NCBI GenBank assembly: GCA_964577365.1
Contig: CAZNYP010000001.1
Coordinates: 50,025-109,832, forward strand
DNA: 59,808 bases
From: an uncultured Candidatus Saccharibacteria bacterium
GTDB taxonomy: Bacteria; Patescibacteriota; Minisyncoccia; Phycocordibacterales; PALSA-1337
Reading direction: 5' to 3'
Below the pieces are notes generated by a model that was not told the origin of the DNA, searched no databases, and saw nothing but the letters and a program-made list of their open reading frames with translations. Position numbers and translations under genes: made by a program. Shown piece after piece: positions 36,511 to 44,625 of the stretch; positions within the stretch are counted from its first letter, which is position 1, and each line of letters begins with the position of its first letter.

Positions 36511-36981
36511 TCAGGCTGCGAGCAAGTCTATGATTTCAAAATGCTTCTTCTCCACCGGCATCACCGATAGTCGCTGCCCGCGCTGCGCAACTAGCATCCC
36601 CTGCAATTGTTTATTTTTCTTTATATTTTCGAGTGAAACTGGGTTTGTAAACTTTTTAACAAATTCGAGATCGACACAGACCCACAGTGGATCTTTTCCT
36701 TCTTTCTGATATTTCAGCGCTTTCGGATCGTAGTGCTCATTTTTTGGATCAAGTGCTGACTCATCGATATGCGGAGCGCTCACTACTTTGGCGATCCCAT
36801 ATACACCCGTCGGATCTGACATCGAGTGATAGAAAAGGACAAGGTCACCGATCTTCATCCCTTCTTTCATAAAATTGCGTGCTTGAAAATTGCGAATACC
36901 CTCCCAGGCAGTTCGCTTATCAGCTTTGAGATCATCGATCGAGTAGCAGTTTCCTTCGGATTTTACGAGCCAATAGTTCAT
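36511..36981 (-). CDS. EVE (PUA-like, DUF55) domain protein
   Basis: MNYWLVKSEGNCYSIDDL......W.GIRNFQARNFM..MKIGDLVLFYHS......GVYGIAKVV is the typical EVE pattern. Confidence 0.85.
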   Translation of the reverse strand: MNYWLVKSEGNCYSIDDLKADKRTAWEGIRNFQARNFMKEGMKIGDLVLFYHSMSDPTGVYGIAKVVSAPHIDESALDPKNEHYDPKALKYQKEGKDPLWVCVDLEFVKKFTNPVSLENIKKNKQLQGMLVAQRGQRLSVMPVEKKHFEIIDLLAA

Positions 36982-36982
36982 A

Positions 36983-38011
36983 TTACACCTTAAACTCCAT
37001 CACATCCCCATCCTTTACCACATACTCTTTCCCCTCTGTTCTCCAATTCCCATTTTTCAAAAGATCTTCCCAAAAAATGACATCTGCTTTAATAAATTTA
37101 TCTTTAAAATCATTGTGAATCGCAGTTCCCGCCATAGGAGCTGTCCATCCTTTTCGAATAGTCCACGCTCGAGTTTCTTTTTCTCCAGTGGTGAAATAGG
37201 TGATGAGTCCGAGGAGCTCGTATCCTGCTTTTATCAAATTGTCGATCCCTCCATCTCCCTCTCGCATTGCTTTTTTATCTTCATCAGAAAAGTCCTTCAT
37301 GTCATGCTCGGTCGCAGCATCTACTGCTACCCATTTTTTATCCTTTAGGTATTCGAGCAGATCTGCAGGCACTGTAGTGTCCCCTTTTTTATTTAATACA
37401 TACAAAACCGGTTTTGAGGTGAGGAGGTGGAGAGACTTGAGAAATGGTGCTTCAAACTCTGTAGCTTCTACTGTGTTCGCCAATTTGTTTTCAGCCAAAG
37501 CCGTCTTGATCCGCTCGAGGAGGCCTGCTTCGATGAGTGCTTCTTTTTTATTTGCCTTTATTTCTTTTTGTAAATTCCCTAGACGCTTGGTGACTGTTTC
37601 CTGATCAGCCAAAATGAGCTCCATGTTGATGATCTCGATATCAGTGATTGGGTCGATCTTTCCATCGACGTGGATGATGTTGTCATCTTGGAAAATACGA
37701 ACGACATGGGCGATCGCATCAGTCTCACGGATGTTGGTGAGGAATTTGTTTCCGAGACCTTCGCCTGATGATGCCCCTTTTACAAGTCCTGCAATGTCGA
37801 CGAACTCTACCGCTGCCGGCACGATCTTTTGAGTTTTAGAAAATTCAGCGAGTTTGTAGAGACGCTCGTCGGGTACTGCAACCACTCCGACAGACGGGTC
37901 GATCGTCGCAAACGGATAGTTCGCAATAAGCACACTCTTTTTGGTAAGAGCGGTGAAGAGGGTTGATTTTCCGACGTTTGGGAGACCGACAATACCGATG
38001 GATAGTGACAT
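36983..38011 (-). CDS. ychF: ribosome-binding ATPase YchF
   Basis: IGIVGLPNVGKSTLFTALT G1 motif and a C-terminal TGS-like ...GDVMEFKV. Confidence 0.93.
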   Translation of the reverse strand: MSLSIGIVGLPNVGKSTLFTALTKKSVLIANYPFATIDPSVGVVAVPDERLYKLAEFSKTQKIVPAAVEFVDIAGLVKGASSGEGLGNKFLTNIRETDAIAHVVRIFQDDNIIHVDGKIDPITDIEIINMELILADQETVTKRLGNLQKEIKANKKEALIEAGLLERIKTALAENKLANTVEATEFEAPFLKSLHLLTSKPVLYVLNKKGDTTVPADLLEYLKDKKWVAVDAATEHDMKDFSDEDKKAMREGDGGIDNLIKAGYELLGLITYFTTGEKETRAWTIRKGWTAPMAGTAIHNDFKDKFIKADVIFWEDLLKNGNWRTEGKEYVVKDGDVMEFKV

Positions 38012-38019
38012 AGAGATAC

Positions 38020-38062
38020 ATACTAGCGTATTATTGTGCTTTCATCAAACGTGTTGTAAGGT
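38020..38062. promoter_or_regulatory. overlapping divergent promoters for ychF and the MazG-like gene
   Basis: Minus strand: TTGATG (38043-38048)-N17-TAGTAT (38020-38025), 8 nt from ATG 38011. Plus strand: TTGTGC (38034-38039)-N17-TAAGGT (38057-38062), 12 nt from ATG 38075. Confidence 0.5.
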
Positions 38063-38074
38063 GTGGGAAGAAAT

Positions 38075-38785
38075 ATGAACACACTCAAAGACTACGGTCT
38101 ACACTTCCAAAAGATCTATGGTACTGCGAATGCAGTTAACCACCCCGGCCTCATCGACCGCTACATGCAACTCCTCTACGTGTTCCATCGCCTGCAAACG
38201 GCGATACGTAAAGAACAGAGGGATACGGCCTGCCGTCTTCTTCCCCAGTTGTTCGGTTGGACATTTGCTTGTATCAACCATTTCCCAGATCTTGACATTG
38301 ACCGCGCGATGGCACAAAAGTATCCCGCAAAATGTGGGTACTGTGGCAATAATCCGTGCAGGTGCGAACTGCATAGCCGACCTGATTTCAACCCAGACCT
38401 ATCAGGCACCATCGTCAGACGAAACCTAACGGACTGGCAAGAGCACCTGTACCGAATGTATGGGGAAAACAATGCACAGCGCGGTCTGGGTGTCATGATG
38501 GATCGCTTGGCGCAGGAGCTCATCGAACTCGGTGCTCATGCTGCGCGACTGGAGTATGTCGACGCTGAGCCACAGGTTGCCATGGAAAAAGCAGGCGAGG
38601 AATTCGCAGACGTTCTGTCATGGATACTGTCGCTCTCCGCGTACCTCGGTGTAATGCTCGAGACCCTAGTCATCCGTATCTATGGCAATGGCTGTCCGTC
38701 ATGCAATCGACCTCAGTGCAACTGTCGTCGTCTACACTCGACACCAGCTGGCCTGAGTGCGACTCCAAATACTCGAGTTACCTAA
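38075..38785 (+). CDS. tandem MazG-like (all-alpha NTP pyrophosphohydrolase-like) protein with two Cys knuckles
   Basis: The second half has LAQELIELG and EEFADVLSWILSLSAYLG, resembling the EExxE/EExxD metal motifs. The first half has the same helix pattern but lacks the acidic residues. Each half ends in Y-x3-5-CxxC-x4-5-CxC. The region is G+C-rich. Confidence 0.68.
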   Translation: MNTLKDYGLHFQKIYGTANAVNHPGLIDRYMQLLYVFHRLQTAIRKEQRDTACRLLPQLFGWTFACINHFPDLDIDRAMAQKYPAKCGYCGNNPCRCELHSRPDFNPDLSGTIVRRNLTDWQEHLYRMYGENNAQRGLGVMMDRLAQELIELGAHAARLEYVDAEPQVAMEKAGEEFADVLSWILSLSAYLGVMLETLVIRIYGNGCPSCNRPQCNCRRLHSTPAGLSATPNTRVT

Positions 38786-38797
38786 GTGTATACAAAA

Positions 38798-38829
38798 CGC
38801 CCGACCTCACGGTCGGGCGACTGTTTTTA
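38798..38829 (+). terminator. rho-independent terminator (cgcccgacc-tcac-ggtcgggcg + T-rich tail)
   Basis: Perfect 9-bp GC-rich stem 12 nt after the stop. Confidence 0.75.
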
Positions 38830-38835
38830 TAGGTA

Positions 38836-38864
38836 TTGCATATTATACATATATGTGGTATAAT
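38836..38864 (+). promoter_or_regulatory. near-consensus promoter TTGCAT-N17-TGgTATAAT, 8 nt upstream of ATG 38873
   Basis: -35 at 38836-38841 and -10 at 38859-38864. Confidence 0.7.
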
Positions 38865-38872
38865 ATAAATGT

Positions 38873-39259
38873 ATGAAATCGCTCTTCGACTATATCTTTT
38901 ACACTGTTTGTGTCAGCCGAGGATCCAAGTCTCTCTATCGTCTTGAAATCAGATGCAACGGGGTAAGTAACCCTGGCATTCGAATGACCAAGATTGTGGG
39001 AGTCGGGCCAAGCAGTTCACCTCCTGGGGCCGACCATTTCGGTAACTACCTACATGTGGGGGAAAATCTCGTGGTCCGCTACGAGAAAAACTCACTCGAC
39101 GGTGGCAGGAACACTTCCCGCATCGCCCTCCTTGCAACTGATGAGGGGGGAGCGCGTACCGCACTGGGACTCCCCGACTTGGTCCCGATGGATCCTCGAT
39201 TCGAGGTTTCCACAAAAGCCGTGCTTGCGCGACTCGCGCAGCACGAGTATGTGGACTGA
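38873..39259 (+). CDS. hypothetical protein (128 aa), leaderless orphan
   Basis: The ORF starts 8 nt after a TATAAT box and ends 24 nt before a strong terminator. No family motif recognised. An internal ATG at 38985 (MTKIVGV...) is an alternative start. Confidence 0.55.
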   Translation: MKSLFDYIFYTVCVSRGSKSLYRLEIRCNGVSNPGIRMTKIVGVGPSSSPPGADHFGNYLHVGENLVVRYEKNSLDGGRNTSRIALLATDEGGARTALGLPDLVPMDPRFEVSTKAVLARLAQHEYVD

Positions 39260-39283
39260 ACCACACCAGCACTTTTCAGGATG

Positions 39284-39311
39284 GCCCGACGCGAAGTCGG
39301 GCTTTCTCTTT
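39284..39311 (+). terminator. rho-independent terminator (gcccgac-gcgaa-gtcgggc + tttctcttt)
   Basis: Perfect 7-bp stem with a T-rich tail. Confidence 0.75.
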
Positions 39312-39325
39312 GCTATAATACCCCT

Positions 39326-39727
39326 ATGAAATACATTCTGATTCCGCTTTTTCTCCTCATCGCATTACCCACTCACGCTCATATCATAAAGAAAGATGGA
39401 AATTTTGAAGGAATGCTTCACATTCTCCCCGACGATATACCACTAGCAGGTACGACGACTGAATTTTATTTTATGTTTGAAGACAATAAAAAAATCGTCA
39501 CTGACTGCAAATGTGAAGTAAAAATCCTACAAAAAGGAAATGAACTGTATAGAAAAAATATCAAGGACTCTTTCTTTTTTGAGTTTCCAAAGATCGGTGT
39601 CTATCAAGCAGAAATTTATCGAAATGATTTTTCTATGACCTGGGATATACGAGTAGAAAAAGCGGTGGTAAAGCCGTCGTGGTTTAGCGTTTTCGCAAAG
39701 AGAGTCCGAGAGCTACTAGGGATATAA
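39326..39727 (+). CDS. secreted hypothetical protein (133 aa), predicted mature N-terminal His
   Basis: Signal peptide MKYILIPLFLLIALPTHA followed by HIIKKDG... TGcTATAAT lies 6 nt upstream. It is convergent with ycnI and their tails overlap. Confidence 0.62.
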   Translation: MKYILIPLFLLIALPTHAHIIKKDGNFEGMLHILPDDIPLAGTTTEFYFMFEDNKKIVTDCKCEVKILQKGNELYRKNIKDSFFFEFPKIGVYQAEIYRNDFSMTWDIRVEKAVVKPSWFSVFAKRVRELLGI

Positions 39728-40199
39728 CGAGGGCGAGAGTTGCGAGTGGAAACGGTTTCTTTGGCTCACCATGATGATCCGTCGCGAGGTCGTCGACCAC
39801 TTCGGTATTCGAGCTCGGATTTACCCCACCATCCCACGCAACGACACTACCATCAGAATATGTCTGATATGCTTTCCATGAGACGACTCCCTCGGTCGCA
39901 GGTGCTTTTGCAGAAAAAAGGAAATCATCGCGCTGTCCTACTGGGATACTTCCCCCACTCCAGACGATCTCTTTTCCATCACTTGCGATCTTCCATCCTG
40001 GTTTTACATATGGCATGACAGACTCGAATCCTGCTGGCACGACGACTTTTATCTGAGTAGTCGGAATATCTTTTTCAACTGGCACACCGACGGTGAATGT
40101 CTGGTATGATGCTACACCCGTCTGTGCAGGTTTTACGGTGACGTGGGCGAATGCAGGCACAGCAACAAACACTAAAAGTAAAGTAAATATAGTTTTCAT
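39684..40199 (-). CDS. ycnI: YcnI-family (DUF1775) copper-binding protein with a C-terminal membrane anchor
   Basis: Signal peptide ...AVPAFA followed by HVTVKPAQTGVASYQTFTVGVP.E......I.VV.P.GF.....V.PGW is the YcnI pattern. A C-terminal TM helix is present. Confidence 0.83.
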   Translation of the reverse strand: MKTIFTLLLVFVAVPAFAHVTVKPAQTGVASYQTFTVGVPVEKDIPTTQIKVVVPAGFESVMPYVKPGWKIASDGKEIVWSGGSIPVGQRDDFLFSAKAPATEGVVSWKAYQTYSDGSVVAWDGGVNPSSNTEVVDDLATDHHGEPKKPFPLATLALVISLVALGLSLRKR

Positions 40200-40432
40200 T
40201 ATGGCATCATTATTTTTTGTAATTCTGCTTGGTGCTTTCGCATGACCATCATACTCGCTTCCATCTGGCCCATGCCACCATTCATTTTTTCTTTTATCTC
40301 CTTTGAAATCATAATGAAAAAGTCAGGATTGGCCTCGACTGCATTCATAATACGATCCTGCTCCTTTGGAGGCAGGTTTTTGAGCTGCTTTTTCATCATC
40401 TGCTTCATCACAAAATTTTGAAATATTCCCAT
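40199..40432 (-). CDS. Met-rich small protein (77 aa, ~14 Met)
   Basis: MGIFQNFVMKQMMKKQ...MNGGMGQMEASMMVMRKHQAELQKIMMP. TGcTATAAT lies 7 nt upstream. Its stop overlaps the ycnI start as TAATG. Confidence 0.6.
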   Translation of the reverse strand: MGIFQNFVMKQMMKKQLKNLPPKEQDRIMNAVEANPDFFIMISKEIKEKMNGGMGQMEASMMVMRKHQAELQKIMMP

Positions 40433-40451
40433 GGCCAGGATTATAGCATAT

Positions 40452-41780
40452 TTACTCCGGCCGACTACCTTTTGGATATCGCTCGAGGGGGTCGGCCTTC
40501 CACCCATTTACGATCGGGGTGATGAATTTCCATGCAGCGAGCACTTCGTCGGTACTGGTAAATAGCGTTTGGTCACCGATAAATGCATCGTGAATGACTT
40601 TTTCATAGGCATCTATTTTTTCATGAGGAAAATCAGAGTATTTAAATTTTAACGTCTTTGGCTCTATATCCATACCAAAACCCGGTTTTTTTACCAAAAA
40701 CTTTATCTTTATTCCCTCATCAGGCTGGATCCTAAAGGTGAGAATATTCCCACCTTTGAAATATACATCGATTTCAGTCTTTGTCTCATCGAGGGCTTTT
40801 CCACTCTCGAGGTAAAATGGGACTTTTTTCCATCGCGCTGTGTTGATATGCGCTTCGAGTCTAAAATATGTCTCGGTATGTGATCCTGGATCGACGCCCT
40901 TTTCCTCACGATAGCCACTGTACTGGGCACGGATAGCATCGATGGACTGGAGGTTGCGGAGGATCTTTGCTCGTTCACGACGAATGTGCTCTGCGTCGAG
41001 GACCTCTGGCTCGTCCATGGCGACGATCGCAAGCATCTGGAGGATGTGGTTCTGCCCCACATCGCGAAGCGCTCCGACCCCATCATAAAATGCACCACGC
41101 CCCTCGATATCTATTTTCTCGAGGAGCTTGATATGTACACGATCGATGTATTTGTTGTTCCAGAGCGGTTCAAACAGAGAGTTTGCAAACCTGAATACGA
41201 GCACATTTTGAAGTGCCTCTTTTGCGAGATAGTGGTCGATACGAAAAATCTGGTCTTCGGCAAAGAGCTCGCCGAGTTTTTTATCTAGTTTCTTTGCAGT
41301 CTCTATATCGTTGCCAAATGGCTTTTCGATGAGGACGCGTGTCCACCCCTCTTCGCCCCCACACGGGATCGTGAGTCCGGTGCTCGAGAGATGGTCGAGG
41401 ATATTTTCATAGAGCGCTGGAGGGACAGAGAGGTGAAATAGTTTGTTTGAACAATATTTGAATTGTTGTTTGTCGATCGAGGTAAGGCGTTCTGCGAGAC
41501 GGTTGTACATATCGTCAGTATCAAATGATCCTTGGACATATGAGATGTGATCGATAAAATGTTTTACATCTTCTTCGCGGTACTGACCAAATTTTATATT
41601 GATCTCATCACGGATAAACTGACGAAATTCTTCGCGAGAAAGGAGTCTGCGTGAGACACCGACAACGGCGAATTTTTCTGGAAGCTTTTTATTTACATAC
41701 AGACTGAGCAGCGCCGGCAAGAGTTTCCGCTGTGCCAGATCTCCGGTGATACCAAAAATGACGAATATGGTGGGGCTCAT
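40452..41780 (-). CDS. zwf: glucose-6-phosphate 1-dehydrogenase
   Basis: FVIFGITGDLAQRKLLPAL NADP motif, RIDHYLAKE active-site motif, and EKPFG. Confidence 0.93.
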   Translation of the reverse strand: MSPTIFVIFGITGDLAQRKLLPALLSLYVNKKLPEKFAVVGVSRRLLSREEFRQFIRDEINIKFGQYREEDVKHFIDHISYVQGSFDTDDMYNRLAERLTSIDKQQFKYCSNKLFHLSVPPALYENILDHLSSTGLTIPCGGEEGWTRVLIEKPFGNDIETAKKLDKKLGELFAEDQIFRIDHYLAKEALQNVLVFRFANSLFEPLWNNKYIDRVHIKLLEKIDIEGRGAFYDGVGALRDVGQNHILQMLAIVAMDEPEVLDAEHIRRERAKILRNLQSIDAIRAQYSGYREEKGVDPGSHTETYFRLEAHINTARWKKVPFYLESGKALDETKTEIDVYFKGGNILTFRIQPDEGIKIKFLVKKPGFGMDIEPKTLKFKYSDFPHEKIDAYEKVIHDAFIGDQTLFTSTDEVLAAWKFITPIVNGWKADPLERYPKGSRPE

Positions 41781-42457
41781 TTTTTGACTTTATAGTCGTC
41801 GATGATCTTTCCATCGGAGAGCTCGATCACTCGGTCCGTGAGTGCGGCATAGTCCTTCTCGTGAGTCACCATGACGATGGTCTGCCCCTCTTTGTGCAGA
41901 TCAATGAATACTCCGAGGATCACCTCCGAGGTTTCGGTATCGAGGTTCGCAGTCGGCTCATCGGCAAAAAGAATCTTTGGTTCATGCGCGATGGCTCGAG
42001 CGATCGCGACACGCTGCTGCTGTCCTCCTGAGAGCTGTGAGGGATAGTTTAAAAACTTGTCACCGAGACCGACGCGGGTGAGCGCATGCTTTGCTTTCTT
42101 TGTTGCATGCGCTGTATCGTAGCCCAACATGAGGAGTGGGAGCATGGTGTTTTCAAGTGCAGTGAGCGCAGGCAACACTGCATAGTCCTGAAATACGTAG
42201 CCGAGTTCACGGAGACGATAGCTGGTACGTTGTTCCTCAGAAAGTTTCAAAACATCTTTTCCACCGATATGGATCTCTCCCTCAGTCGGTCGATCGAGGA
42301 GGCCGAGCTGGTACAGGAGTGTACTCTTTCCAGAACCAGATCGTCCGGTGATCGCGAGGAATTCGCCTTCCTTGAGCGTGAGGTCGATTTTGTTGAGCGC
42401 GAGGAGCTCCCCACCACCAGTCACGTATTTTTTTGTAAGATTTTTTGTAGTGATCAT
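41777..42457 (-). CDS. ABC transporter ATP-binding protein (MacB/LolD-type)
   Basis: GRSGSGKSTLL Walker A, LSGGQQQRVAIARA signature and ILFADEPT Walker B. Confidence 0.93.
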   Translation of the reverse strand: MITTKNLTKKYVTGGGELLALNKIDLTLKEGEFLAITGRSGSGKSTLLYQLGLLDRPTEGEIHIGGKDVLKLSEEQRTSYRLRELGYVFQDYAVLPALTALENTMLPLLMLGYDTAHATKKAKHALTRVGLGDKFLNYPSQLSGGQQQRVAIARAIAHEPKILFADEPTANLDTETSEVILGVFIDLHKEGQTIVMVTHEKDYAALTDRVIELSDGKIIDDYKVKK

Positions 42458-43713
42458 CTTCCTAATATGGCGTCGAGTGTATTTTGCTTTACTACGATGC
42501 GTGCTGGTATGTATCCGGCGATGATGGTCGCAACGATGAGTATCGCTGCACGGACAAACGTACCGTATGGAGTCGCGACTAGTATACCATCACTAAATGG
42601 AAAGTTCACTGGATGGGCTGCGATGTACGGCTGGAGGAAACCAAATATAATGAGCGATCCGAGGACGATACCAGAGACAGCGTAAAAGAGTGACTGGATG
42701 ACGTACGAGATCTCGATCGCCTGCGAGTTGATCCCGATTCCCTTTAGAATACCGATGAATCGGCGACGAGTGATCGCATTTACGAAAATAATAATGAAAA
42801 TAGTGATACATGCGACCGCGAGACCGATCGTCCCGATCATGTTCCCGAGGAGTCCAAATGTGGCTTTGATATCCTGGAGGAATTTTGGCTGTGCATCCTC
42901 GTATGTCTGTACACGAGCAAATTTTTCAAAACCTTGGTCAATGAGTGCTTGTTTTACTTTTTCTGGAGTCGTGAGATTTGGATCAATTTTTATAGATATT
43001 TCATCGACATTGAAATCAGTACGGCCGATGATTTTTTTCATATGACTCGCCACCATAAAGACACGGTTGTCGATCGAGTCGGCTTTTGCTTTTGCGATAC
43101 CTCGAACTGTCACCTCGCGAGTATTGCCATTCATGACGAGGCGCACCTTTGAGCCGATATCGATGTCTTTGAGAGTCTGAAAACCAGGGGCTTCGATCGG
43201 AGTATATTTGAAAAGTAGGTTTGCACCGATGACAATGGCATCTGTATCATCGGGACGGAGAAATTCCCCTTCGATCATGTATTTTGAGATACCGGTCAGA
43301 CGATCCTCAGCTATAGGATCGATACCAGCCACACTCGCGCCGGCGCGATCTGGCTCGTCGGTGAGACGTGTACGGTTCTTATAGTTCGTTTCGATCGTTC
43401 CACTCTCAGAATATCGCGCAGAATAGTCGACGACACCTGGATATATGCTCACAAAGTCAATGATCTCCGAAGAATTTTCTACATATTCTTTTTTGAGCAG
43501 TGTCGAGACGATGACATCTGATGAATATCGATCACGGTTCGCCACGACCGCTCCCTCAATGAGTCCGACCAAAATACCCGAGACCACAATGAGGTTTAGA
43601 AACGTGAGCACCATCACTGTGATAATGAGTGTGGTAGTCCAAAGATTTGCCTTTTTTATATCACGATACGCTAGAAAATAGCCGATTGAGAAGTTGCGGA
43701 ATAGAGTACGCAT
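42454..43713 (-). CDS. ABC transporter permease, FtsX/MacB-like
   Basis: N-terminal TM helix, a large periplasmic domain, then 3 C-terminal TM helices (FtsX-type topology). It is 4-nt coupled to the ATPase gene. Confidence 0.87.
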   Translation of the reverse strand: MRTLFRNFSIGYFLAYRDIKKANLWTTTLIITVMVLTFLNLIVVSGILVGLIEGAVVANRDRYSSDVIVSTLLKKEYVENSSEIIDFVSIYPGVVDYSARYSESGTIETNYKNRTRLTDEPDRAGASVAGIDPIAEDRLTGISKYMIEGEFLRPDDTDAIVIGANLLFKYTPIEAPGFQTLKDIDIGSKVRLVMNGNTREVTVRGIAKAKADSIDNRVFMVASHMKKIIGRTDFNVDEISIKIDPNLTTPEKVKQALIDQGFEKFARVQTYEDAQPKFLQDIKATFGLLGNMIGTIGLAVACITIFIIIFVNAITRRRFIGILKGIGINSQAIEISYVIQSLFYAVSGIVLGSLIIFGFLQPYIAAHPVNFPFSDGILVATPYGTFVRAAILIVATIIAGYIPARIVVKQNTLDAILGR

Positions 43714-43725
43714 ACGTACATATTA

Positions 43726-43935
43726 TCATGATTTGAGATTTTCTCCCCATTTTTCCCACATAGGATATATGACACCAGAGATGATGATGCATGGGAGTAT
43801 AAAGGCTCCTGCGATACCCCACAATAAAATACTCAAAAGTCGCCCGACAGCCGGGAGCCCATGGGTAAAGAGAAAGCCGAGGGCCTCTAGTATGACTGCA
43901 AATATTTCACCTATGATGGCATCGGCTGGTTTCAT
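43726..43935 (-). CDS. small membrane protein (69 aa, 2 TM)
   Basis: Hydrophobic helices. TGgTAAAAA lies 6 nt upstream of the ATG. Confidence 0.55.
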   Translation of the reverse strand: MKPADAIIGEIFAVILEALGFLFTHGLPAVGRLLSILLWGIAGAFILPCIIISGVIYPMWEKWGENLKS

Positions 43936-43976
43936 ATCTGTTTTTTACCACAATTCTCGCATTTAGACAAGAAGAA

Positions 43977-43999
43977 AGGCTACCCCCGTGGGGTAGCCT
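43977..43999 (-). terminator. hairpin terminator (aggctaccc / gggtagcct) whose stem includes the hydroxylase stop codon
   Basis: Perfect 9-bp stem, followed on the minus strand by ttcttcttg. Confidence 0.6.
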
Positions 44000-44582
44000 C
44001 GTGAAGCGGTTGAACATCGGGCACCGCAGGTCCCCGCGCCTGCGCAAATGCGATCGGTGAACGAATCATCAGTGTTCCAAAGACCAGATCGGCGAGTGGA
44101 AATACGACGTTGAAATTCTTGTGCATGTACCGGTGGTGGAGCAGATGGTGACCATTAAGTTTTTTAAATGCCCACCACAGTTCCATCCGCCGTTGTCTCG
44201 GCAAATGCATACACCAGTGGATGTACTCGTATACACCGTAGTATCCAAACATAATGACCAGAGCAAGCGGAAGCCATTTCCAGCCAAAATAGTTGAAATA
44301 CGACGAGATCATCGTACAACCGATCGCGACGATGACGAGTGAGTTCCACCACGCCATGGGAATCTTTTCACCCGTATCACCCGGTTGGGCGTGATACGTG
44401 TGGTCGGCCCTGTAGATGTCGTGATGTACCTGAGCGTGTGAACGGAATGGATACCGCAACCACCAGAACAGGATCCTGAACGGTCGGTGCATGATGTACC
44501 GGTGCAGTGCCCACTCAGCGAATGGGCACAGGAGAAAAAATAAGAGCGCGTGCAGGAGCGCATTCTGGATTGAAAGAGCCAT
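43980..44582 (-). CDS. fatty acid hydroxylase / sterol desaturase-superfamily membrane protein
   Basis: Histidine boxes HRYIMH, HAQVHHDIY, HWCMH and HHLLHH in a polytopic 200-aa frame. The region is G+C-rich. TGcTAAACT lies 8 nt upstream. Confidence 0.75.
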   Translation of the reverse strand: MALSIQNALLHALLFFLLCPFAEWALHRYIMHRPFRILFWWLRYPFRSHAQVHHDIYRADHTYHAQPGDTGEKIPMAWWNSLVIVAIGCTMISSYFNYFGWKWLPLALVIMFGYYGVYEYIHWCMHLPRQRRMELWWAFKKLNGHHLLHHRYMHKNFNVVFPLADLVFGTLMIRSPIAFAQARGPAVPDVQPLHEATPRG

Positions 44583-44625
44583 ATGGGACTAGTTTAGCAC
44601 CCATGTATGCTTTTCTTTTCCCCAA

